NCBI GenBank assembly: GCA_052386995.1
Contig: JBQTJP010000316.1
Span: 1-27,095, forward strand
DNA from: Armatimonadota bacterium
Lineage (GTDB): Bacteria > Sysuimicrobiota > Sysuimicrobiia > Sysuimicrobiales > Humicultoraceae
Direction of reading: 5' to 3'
Length of the DNA: 27,095 nucleotides
Shown here: one piece after another, positions 9,550 to 16,540 of the stretch
Position numbering within the stretch: position 1 is the stretch's first letter
How the letters are laid out: every line of letters begins with the position of its first letter
The notes under the pieces: model-generated
What the model saw: the letters and a program-made list of their open reading frames with translations, nothing else
Databases searched by the model: none
What the model was told of the DNA's origin: nothing
Program-made: the position numbers and the translations under genes

Positions 9550-9588
9550 TGGCGGCCGGCAGGGACTCGAACCCCCAACCAACGGATT
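9550..9588 (-). pseudogene. Isolated 3' half of a tRNA (about positions 37-76), Arg-like
   Basis: AA-TCCGT-TGGTT-GGGGG-TTCGAGT-CCCTG-CCGGCC-G-CCA: T-arm, acceptor 3' strand (1 nt short) and CCA. No 5' half found nearby. 31/40 match by manual alignment to the 3' half of the tRNA-Arg at 10129-10168, in inverted orientation. Confidence 0.75.
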
Positions 9589-9592
9589 GGGT

Positions 9593-9654
9593 CAAGCCCC
9601 CCCTCCCCCGAAATAGCGGCGACTCTGTCCGATTGTATTCGGAAGGGGGGATTG
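9593..9654 (+). promoter_or_regulatory. Imperfect hairpin covering the endonuclease RBS
   Basis: CCCCCCT(9598-9604)/AGGGGGG(9644-9650), CCGAA/TTCGG and CAA/TTG. The right arm contains GGAAGGGGGG 7 nt before GTG 9658. Confidence 0.5.
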
Positions 9655-9657
9655 CGC

Positions 9658-10206
9658 GTGCGACATCACACGAAAGACAAAGGGGATCTTGCTGTTGGGC
9701 AAGTGATAGCGGATCTGATCGGGCAAGGGATTCAAGTGTGCCTTCCGATCTCAGAGCACTTGCCTTTCGATCTGGTCGCGGTTTCACCCTCATTCACGGA
9801 ATTATCGCGAGTCCAGATAAAGTATGCGACGGCAAAGGGAGGCGTGATGAAACTGCTTCTACGGCGCAGCTACGCAGACCGCCACGGAGTGCACCACAGC
9901 CGCGTCAGGCTGGACGAGATCGACGCCTTTGCGCTCTTTTGTCCCGAGACCCACACAGTGTACTATGTTAGACGAGACGAGATACCCGCTGGCCTGCGGT
10001 GTGGTTTTGCGCTTCGCCTCAGTCCGACTAGGAACGGGCAAGTCAAGAGGACGACGCCGGCAGCGAAGTTCGAAGGTGCGAAGCGAATATTCGGGCCCGT
10101 AGCTCAGTGGATAGAGCCATCGCCTTCTAAGCGATTGGACGGGGGTTCGATTCCCTCCGGGCCCGCCACTCCCTCTCTAAAAATCGTGCGATTGCCAGCG
10201 ATCTAG
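9658..10206 (+). CDS. Group I intron-associated-type PD-(D/E)XK endonuclease (PDDEXK_5 / I-Ssp6803I-like), free-standing
   Basis: GTG start, 182 aa. HHTKDKGDLA..VIADL, SEHLPFDLV (catalytic D), RVQIKY (QxK), EIDAFALFCPET..VYY and LRLSPTRNGQ. Visibly more AT-rich codon usage than neighbours. The C-terminal ~37 codons run through and past the tRNA. Confidence 0.88.
   Translation: MRHHTKDKGDLAVGQVIADLIGQGIQVCLPISEHLPFDLVAVSPSFTELSRVQIKYATAKGGVMKLLLRRSYADRHGVHHSRVRLDEIDAFALFCPETHTVYYVRRDEIPAGLRCGFALRLSPTRNGQVKRTTPAAKFEGAKRIFGPVAQWIEPSPSKRLDGGSIPSGPATPSLKIVRLPAI
10093..10168 (+). tRNA. tRNA-Arg(TCT)
   Basis: GGGCCCG TA GCTC AGTGGATA GAGC C ATCGC CT-TCT-AA GCGAT TGGAC GGGGG TTCGATT CCCTC CGGGCCC GCCA; 76 nt, all stems pair, A20 Arg identity element, anticodon at 10126-10128. 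Confidence 0.93.
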
Positions 10207-10222
10207 TTAGAGCGCAGTGCAG

Positions 10223-11536
10223 TTACGACCCGCCGTCGGCCGGGACCGCGGCCGGGACTGCCGCCACGGGCGCGAGTGTTCGCCCGGCACGCGCGATCGC
10301 CAGCAGCGGCACCGAGCCCAGCACAGCGGCCAGGATCCCAACCGTCATCTCTCCACCGCGGGCCAGCAACACCCCGCCAAGCAGGGCCGCCGCCGTGGCG
10401 GAGAGGTTGGTGAACAGGTCGTTGATACCGAGCACGCGAGCGCGCGTGGCCGTCCCCGAGATATCGCCCAACAGCGCGGCCCCGGGCACAAACGCGAGCG
10501 ACCATCCCAGACCGACCAGGAAGAATGATGCAGCCGCCCAGGATGCGGAATCCACCCCAAGCGGGAAGACCAGTCCGCTCGCCGCGCTCAGCAGTGCCCC
10601 ACCGATCATCACCTGACGGCGTCCGACCCGGTCGGCCAGTCTGCCCACGGGCACGGCCAGCGCGTACATCCCCATGACGTGGGCCATGAGCACAAGCGAG
10701 ATGGTGTCCGTGCCGTGGCCGTGCAGCGATAACATGAGGGATGTCGTCGCCATCAGCATGACCATCGTCGCCTGCGCGCATGCCAGCGAGATCATTGCGG
10801 CCTGAGCCGGCCGCGATGCCACGATTGCAGCCACCGACGGCGACGCCGGCCCCCCGGAGGTGGCCCCCGACGCTTTCCATTGATGTGCCTCGTCGCTCTC
10901 ACCGCCGTCTGGCGCATCAGGATAATACTCGTGCAGGCGCGCCGAGATCTCGCGCGGATCGGGCCGCAGCCGCGTCAGGGTCACGGCGGCTATCGCATAC
11001 GCTACGAAGATGAACATCCATGGCACCGCGAGAGGATTCGCATCGATGGCGCGGGCGAGACGATCGCCGATGGCAACCAGCGAAGGCCCAAGCAGACCGC
11101 CGACCAGGCCCCCGGCGACGACGAACCCCACGGCACCGGCCCGCCGCTCGAGCGGATACATGTCCCCCACGACGCCGCGCGACAGCATTCCCACGCCGGC
11201 GCCGAGACTATAGACCAGCATGCTGATCAGGTAACCCGCAAATCCTCCGGCGGTCACGCTGAGCATGACGAACGCCGCGCCCAGACCACCGACGAGAAAT
11301 CCCAACACCAGCCCGGGCCGGCGGCCGCGGCGATCCATGAGTCGTCCGGCCGGATAGGCCGTCGCGGCCATCGCGAGGTGAAAGATCGCCGACGGGATCC
11401 CGGCGAGCGTCGCCGTCCCGTTCAACGCATACACGATCAAACTCCCCAGCTGCGCCGCTGCCGACACACCCGTCGACAGCATTACCATGCCCGCAAAGAG
11501 CAACCAGGTATTGCGCCTGATGGCGCGCGGAACCAC
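10223..11536 (-). CDS. MFS transporter
   Basis: 437 aa, GRLMDRRGRR and GRLADRVGRR motif A copies; lies 23 bp after the VWA gene, so probably in the same operon. Confidence 0.9.
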   Translation of the reverse strand: MVPRAIRRNTWLLFAGMVMLSTGVSAAAQLGSLIVYALNGTATLAGIPSAIFHLAMAATAYPAGRLMDRRGRRPGLVLGFLVGGLGAAFVMLSVTAGGFAGYLISMLVYSLGAGVGMLSRGVVGDMYPLERRAGAVGFVVAGGLVGGLLGPSLVAIGDRLARAIDANPLAVPWMFIFVAYAIAAVTLTRLRPDPREISARLHEYYPDAPDGGESDEAHQWKASGATSGGPASPSVAAIVASRPAQAAMISLACAQATMVMLMATTSLMLSLHGHGTDTISLVLMAHVMGMYALAVPVGRLADRVGRRQVMIGGALLSAASGLVFPLGVDSASWAAASFFLVGLGWSLAFVPGAALLGDISGTATRARVLGINDLFTNLSATAAALLGGVLLARGGEMTVGILAAVLGSVPLLAIARAGRTLAPVAAVPAAVPADGGS

Positions 11537-11559
11537 TGTGGTGGTGGGCGATCGACCGT

Positions 11560-12537
11560 TCAGAGGACGCGATGCACGGTCAGCATCGAGAGGGCAACGG
11601 CGGCAACGAGAAAGAGCAATCCCACCCCGGCCGCGACAGAGGTGACCTCGGTGGGACGCCGCTCCCAGCCGATCTCCCGGCCGAGGTGCCGGTAGACGCG
11701 GCGCAGCTCACTGATATTCGTCGTGCGATAGTACGATCCACCGGTGATCTCGGCCATGCCCCGCAGAGACTCCTCGTCGAGCCGGACCCAGATGCTCCGC
11801 CCGCCGATGCTGAGGAATGTCCCCTCGGGTGTGCCGACCCCCACCGTGTACACTTTCACCTGCAGGTCTTTGGCGATCCTGGCCGCTTCCAGCGGCAGCA
11901 TTCCCCGGTTGCTCTGGCCGTCTGAGAGCAGCACGATGATGCCGGGCGGCAGCGGGCCCGCGACCGGGGGCGGCGAGGCGCCGGGCGAGAGCGGGCGCAC
12001 GCGACCGGGCAGGTTCCAGACCGCCTCCAACAGCCCGTCACCGATGGCGGTGGCAAACTCGGTCGACAGCAGATCGATGGCGTCGAGAATCTTGGCTTTC
12101 TCGGGCGTCGGCGGCACGACGGTCGTGGCATAACTGCTGAACGTCACCAGGCCGATGCGGAATCCACGCGGGAGCGCGTGCACGAACTCACGCGCCGCCA
12201 GTTTGGCGGCCTCCATGCGGTTGGGCGGCAAGTCTTCGGCGAGCATGCTGCGGCTCACGTCGATCGAGAGGACCACGACGCCTTCCGGGGCCGGCACCGG
12301 GAGCGGCGCGACCGGACGCGCGAGGCCGATGAACATCACAGCCAGCGCCAGCAGGAACAGGCCGGCCGGCACGTGCCGGCGCCAGCGGCTGTGCTGCGCG
12401 GCGGCCTGCACGAGCAGTTCGAGGTTGGGAATCATGATCGCGCGGCGCGCCTGCCGCCCGAGGACGCGCACGTAGACCCAGATCAGCAACGGCAAGGCCG
12501 CCAGCCCCCAGAGCATCGTCGGCCACTCGAACGTCAT
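11560..12537 (-). CDS. VWA domain membrane protein (BatA-like)
   Basis: Start ATG 12537 overlaps the upstream TGA (ATGA). N-terminal F.WP..LW BatA segment, LARP, MIDAS DVSRS, TAIGDG, LLSDG, C-terminal TM helix. Confidence 0.92.
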   Translation of the reverse strand: MTFEWPTMLWGLAALPLLIWVYVRVLGRQARRAIMIPNLELLVQAAAQHSRWRRHVPAGLFLLALAVMFIGLARPVAPLPVPAPEGVVVLSIDVSRSMLAEDLPPNRMEAAKLAAREFVHALPRGFRIGLVTFSSYATTVVPPTPEKAKILDAIDLLSTEFATAIGDGLLEAVWNLPGRVRPLSPGASPPPVAGPLPPGIIVLLSDGQSNRGMLPLEAARIAKDLQVKVYTVGVGTPEGTFLSIGGRSIWVRLDEESLRGMAEITGGSYYRTTNISELRRVYRHLGREIGWERRPTEVTSVAAGVGLLFLVAAVALSMLTVHRVL

Positions 12538-13565
12538 GGCACCCTGCGGAACCACATGAGCGATAGCAATCCGCCCGTGAGCATGACCAGGCCGGCGGCC
12601 CCCACGAGGAGGAACGAGATCTCCATGCGCGTCCGCTCCCAGCCGATGATGCGTCCCAGCTGGCGGTAGACGCGCCGCAGCTCCTCCTGACCGGCCGACG
12701 AAAAGTAGCGGCCGTCGGTGATCTGCGCGATCCGCTCGAGGCCGCTCGAATCAAACGGCACGAGCACCAGCTGGCCATCGATGCGCATGACCGTGCCACC
12801 CGGCGTTCCCATCCCGATGGCATAGATCCGAACCTTGCCGTCACGCGCCAGCACGGCGGCCTCGAAGGGATCCGGGCCGAAGTTGTTCACGCCGTCGGAG
12901 AAGATGATGATGGCCGCGGGCGCGATCTCGTCCAGGGACGGCGGCGGCTCGGTCGATGGCGGAGCAGACGACGGCGGTCCGCCCCCCTGCCGGGCCAGCC
13001 GGTCCAGGCGCTCGCCCAGGAGGCGCGCCCGCCCGGGCAGCACGCGCACCGCTTCCAGGATCCCGCCGCCCACCGACGTCGCCGACTGCGGCTGCAGCCG
13101 GTCGATCGCTTCGAGCAGCGCGGTGCGGTCCGTAGACGGCGCCAGCAGCACAGTGCCGTACTCGCTGAAGGCGACGATGCCGATCTTGGTCGATCGCGGA
13201 ACGAGGCCCACGAACTCGCGCGCTGCCCGGCGGGCCGCCTCCAGGCGCGTCGGAGAGACATCGGTGGCGATCATGCTCTTGCTCGTGTCGATAGCGAGGA
13301 TCACCGCCGCCCGGTTGACCGGGAGTGGCACCGCGGCCACGGGCCGCGCCAGGCCGACCGCCAGGAACAGGATGCCGGCCAGGTAACAGGCGATGGGAAG
13401 CGTGCGCTGCCACGATGGCGGGCTCACCACGAGCTGCTCGAACAAACGCTTCTCGGCGAATCGCTCGGCGGCACGGTGCTGGCGGCGAAGCAGAATCTGA
13501 TGCCCCACCCACAGCAGCGGCACGAGGGCAACCGCCCAGAGCATCATCGGCCAGGTGAATTCCAC
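12534..13565 (-). CDS. VWA domain membrane protein (BatA-like paralogue)
   Basis: MEFTWP, LARP, MIDAS DTSKS, TSVGGG, FSDG, C-terminal TM helix. Confidence 0.92.
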   Translation of the reverse strand: MEFTWPMMLWAVALVPLLWVGHQILLRRQHRAAERFAEKRLFEQLVVSPPSWQRTLPIACYLAGILFLAVGLARPVAAVPLPVNRAAVILAIDTSKSMIATDVSPTRLEAARRAAREFVGLVPRSTKIGIVAFSEYGTVLLAPSTDRTALLEAIDRLQPQSATSVGGGILEAVRVLPGRARLLGERLDRLARQGGGPPSSAPPSTEPPPSLDEIAPAAIIIFSDGVNNFGPDPFEAAVLARDGKVRIYAIGMGTPGGTVMRIDGQLVLVPFDSSGLERIAQITDGRYFSSAGQEELRRVYRQLGRIIGWERTRMEISFLLVGAAGLVMLTGGLLSLMWFRRVP

Positions 13566-14455
13566 GGGCGCCTCCGCCGTTTGACGACGAATCGGATCAG
13601 GGGCTCGATCATTGACTCGGCCGTTGAAAGCTCGAGGGGATCAGTGCGCGCGCGCCGGAACGCGGTCGACACCCGGGCGCGCCGCGCGGCGACGAGCGCG
13701 GTGAACGCCGCGCGCACTCTCGCATCTGAGGTGTCGATCCAGCAGTGCTGGCCGGTCTCGGGATCGCGCACCGGCACCATCCCGACATCCGGCAGGGCTT
13801 CTTCCGCCGGATCGCGGATCCACACGGCGACGACATCGTGCCGCTGACCCAAATCGCGCAGGGGCCCTTCCCAGCCGTCCGGCGCGATGAAATCGGAGAT
13901 CACGAAGATAAGCTGCCGCCGCCGGATGAGCCCAGCCGCCGTCCTGAGCGTCGCGGCGAGATCCGTGGGTCCCTCCCCGCTGGGCTCGGCGCGTCTAAGC
14001 AGATGCAGCACGCGCAGCGAGTGCCGCCGCCCGGTGCGCGGAGGAATGATCGGCATACCGGTGCCCGGGAACGCCATGGCCCCAACCTTGTCGCCGTGGC
14101 GCGCGATGATATACGACGCGACGCCCGCGAACTCGATCGCCAGCTCGCGCTTGAGGCGCCGGCGTGTGCCAAACGCCATCGAGGGAGAGAGGTCGACCAG
14201 GAGCCAGGCGGTCAATTCTCGCTCTTCACGATATTGCCGCACGAAGAGCCGGTTCATGCGGGCGGTCACGTTCCAATCGATGCGGCGGACCTCATCCCCC
14301 GGCTGATACTCGCGGACCTCGGCGAGGTCGAGGCTGGGACCATAGAAGATCCCGCGATAGTCGCCGAAGAGAAACCCGTCCAGCCGGCGCACCACCGAGA
14401 ACTCCAGTCGCCGCAGCAGTTGCTCGGGCGTTTCCTGAAGTGCCAGATCCTGCAT
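13544..14455 (-). CDS. DUF58 domain protein
   Basis: EVREYQPGDEVRRIDWNVTAR, DLSPSMAFG and VISDF. Confidence 0.95.
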   Translation of the reverse strand: MQDLALQETPEQLLRRLEFSVVRRLDGFLFGDYRGIFYGPSLDLAEVREYQPGDEVRRIDWNVTARMNRLFVRQYREERELTAWLLVDLSPSMAFGTRRRLKRELAIEFAGVASYIIARHGDKVGAMAFPGTGMPIIPPRTGRRHSLRVLHLLRRAEPSGEGPTDLAATLRTAAGLIRRRQLIFVISDFIAPDGWEGPLRDLGQRHDVVAVWIRDPAEEALPDVGMVPVRDPETGQHCWIDTSDARVRAAFTALVAARRARVSTAFRRARTDPLELSTAESMIEPLIRFVVKRRRRPWNSPGR

Positions 14456-14460
14456 GCTCG

Positions 14461-15507
14461 CTACTGCGCCCCCGGTGAGGCCTCCCCTACCAGCGGCGTC
14501 CGCTGAGTCTCATACGGATCGCCCAGGGCCACGCGCGGCGCCTGCACGGCGCCGATGGTCTGGTCGACGATCGAATCGGGGCTGACGTCGTCGGCCAGGG
14601 CCTCGTACGACAGCACCAGACGGTGGCGCAGCACTTCCGGCGCCAGGTCGCGGACGTCCTCGGGCATCACAAACTCCCGGCCGCGCAGCAGCGCCAGCGC
14701 GCGCCCTCCGAGGATCATGTTGAGCGACGCCCGCGGGCTCGCGCCGTACGAGATGTAGCGACGCAGTCCGTTCAGACCGAACTCTTCAGGCCGGCGCGTG
14801 GCCGCGGTCAGGGTCACCGCGTATTCGCGGATCTTGGGATCGACGTACACCGCGTCGGCCACCGCCTGCAGCGCGAGCAATTCGCCCGCGGTGACCGCGG
14901 TCGCGGCTTCGGGCATGAGTGCGCTCATGCGCTCGACCACGGTCACTTCCTCGTGATAGCTGGGGTAGCCGATGACGACCTTGAACATGAACCGGTCCAC
15001 CTGCGCCTCGGGCAGAGGGTAGGTACCCTCGCTCTCGATCGGGTTCTGCGTGGCCATGACCAGGAATGGCTCGGGAAGCCGGAACGTCTGCTTGCCGATC
15101 GTGACCTGCCGCTCCTGCATCGCTTCCAGCAACGCGGACTGGACCTTTGCCGGCGCCCGGTTGATCTCGTCGGCGAGCACGAAGTTGGCGAAGAGCGGGC
15201 CGACCTCCGTGTCGAAGGCTCCGGTGTGCTGGTTGTAGATCCGCGTCCCGATGAGATCGGCGGGAACGAGGTCGGGTGTGAACTGAATGCGCTTGAAGTC
15301 GCAGTCGATCGCCCGGGCGGTTGTCTTGATCGCGAGCGTCTTGGCCAGGCCCGGGACGCCCTCGATGAGGACGTGTCCGCGGGCCAGCAGCGCGACCAGG
15401 ATCCGCTCGAGCATCATATCCTGACCGACGATCACCCGCTTGATCTCGTAGAGCACCTTCCGCATGGTGGCGGAGGCCTGGTGAAACGACTCCAGCGTTG
15501 TCGTCAC
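14461..15507 (-). CDS. moxR: MoxR-family AAA+ ATPase
   Basis: GTG 15507 with GGGAG RBS. Walker A EGVPGLAKT, RIQFTPDLVPAD, Walker B LADEINRAPAKVQSALLEAM, ATQNPIESEGTYPLPEAQVDRF, GASPR. Confidence 0.95.
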   Translation of the reverse strand: MTTTLESFHQASATMRKVLYEIKRVIVGQDMMLERILVALLARGHVLIEGVPGLAKTLAIKTTARAIDCDFKRIQFTPDLVPADLIGTRIYNQHTGAFDTEVGPLFANFVLADEINRAPAKVQSALLEAMQERQVTIGKQTFRLPEPFLVMATQNPIESEGTYPLPEAQVDRFMFKVVIGYPSYHEEVTVVERMSALMPEAATAVTAGELLALQAVADAVYVDPKIREYAVTLTAATRRPEEFGLNGLRRYISYGASPRASLNMILGGRALALLRGREFVMPEDVRDLAPEVLRHRLVLSYEALADDVSPDSIVDQTIGAVQAPRVALGDPYETQRTPLVGEASPGAQ

Positions 15508-15556
15508 GACAGTCTCCCTGTGGGCGATGAAACGCCTGACGTTTCGTTTTGGTTCC

Positions 15557-15585
15557 ACGTTACCAGTGTCCGCCAGGGGGGTCAA
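15557..15585 (-). promoter_or_regulatory. Sigma70-type promoter of the moxR operon
   Basis: TTGACC-17 nt-TAACGT with a TG extension. Confidence 0.6.
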
Positions 15586-15682
15586 GGCGAGCCCGCGGAG
15601 AACCCTCCCGCGAGATTCCCCGCGGAGAATCCGCGGCCTGACCGCGGCGACAAATGGGCACGACACCGTAGGTGGAGGACCC

Positions 15683-16522
15683 ATGCATCACCGGCTGCGC
15701 TCGATAGCGCTCGTGCTGACCCTGACCCTGGCCATCCCGGTCGCTGCCGCGGCGAGTCCGGACGCCTGGCTCATCGTCCCGGGCCAGTCCCTGGGCGTGC
15801 TGCGCCTGGGGCTGCCGGTCCAGGCGCTGCTGCAAACCCCTGGCTGGGGGAAGCCCGACCGCACGCACAACGCGGGATCGATTACTTATATGTTCTACGA
15901 CCGCTTCAGGGTCGTCGTCGGCGCGCGCGAGGATGTGGTCGTGATTCTGCTGACGACGAATGATCGGTTCCGCACCGATCGTGGGATTGGCGTGGGGCAG
16001 GCGGCGTCGGCCGCCACGGCAGCGTATGGCCAGGCGGCGGCGACCGGCGGCGATGAGCGCGTCCTCTGGTTCGACACCATCGGCCTGCTTGCCGTCACCG
16101 GGGGCGGGGTGATCGTGCGCATCGGGGTATTCGATTCGAAGACGCTCGTGCGGGCCATGCTCGCGGAGGAACGACCCGCGCGCGATATCTTCCTCACCGC
16201 GCGTCAACCCAAGTACAGCAAGCCGCCGGATCCCCGGCCGGGCGCGCCGGCGAGGACCGCCGTGGTCACCGTCACCCTCAAGAACTCCGGACGGACGATC
16301 AAGATCCTCAACCCGAACTTTCTCGTCCTCGTCGATCGCAGCGGCCGGGCGCTCCGGTATGACCCGTCCACCTTCCGCCAGGCGGATGCCTGCCGGTCCA
16401 CGGTCTCGGTGAAACCCGGCGAGTCGGGGTCGTGCTCGATCGTCTTCGTGCTGTTCGGGGGCGAGAGCGCCCGGTCGATTGTCTTCAACGACGGCGCGAG
16501 CACCGACGAGGCCTACTTCTAG
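15683..16522 (+). CDS. Exported protein with C-terminal DUF4352-like Ig-fold domain
   Basis: ATG 15683 with GGAGG RBS; signal peptide; IVPGQSLG..RLG and RTDRGIGVG N-domain; C-terminal VTVTLKNSG..NP..FVLVD.SG...VKPGES...IVF. Confidence 0.75.
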   Translation: MHHRLRSIALVLTLTLAIPVAAAASPDAWLIVPGQSLGVLRLGLPVQALLQTPGWGKPDRTHNAGSITYMFYDRFRVVVGAREDVVVILLTTNDRFRTDRGIGVGQAASAATAAYGQAAATGGDERVLWFDTIGLLAVTGGGVIVRIGVFDSKTLVRAMLAEERPARDIFLTARQPKYSKPPDPRPGAPARTAVVTVTLKNSGRTIKILNPNFLVLVDRSGRALRYDPSTFRQADACRSTVSVKPGESGSCSIVFVLFGGESARSIVFNDGASTDEAYF

Positions 16523-16540
16523 ACCGTTCCAGCCCTTCGA

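Noticed and set aside
9532..9657. N-terminal extension of the nuclease in the ORF track (ATG 9532)
   Set aside because: It translates the antisense half-tRNA and hairpin; family-like sequence starts at HHTKDKG after an SD-like tract.
9589..10128. Invertible switch swapping tRNA 3' halves
   Set aside because: Joining the tRNA-Arg 5' half (stem ATCGC) to the fragment (TCCGT) gives no anticodon stem. The repeats are only 31/40 and no recombinase is nearby.
9550..10230. Group I intron-split tRNA on the minus strand
   Set aside because: No matching 5' exon (needs ...GAGC.ACGGA-CT) was found after the cassette and there is no space for a ribozyme core. The GGGTCGTAAC near 10222-10231 is simply the end of the MFS gene.
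11560..15507. MoxR-DUF58-VWA-VWA as a novel system
   Set aside because: Well-known MoxR/Bat-type chaperone operon architecture.
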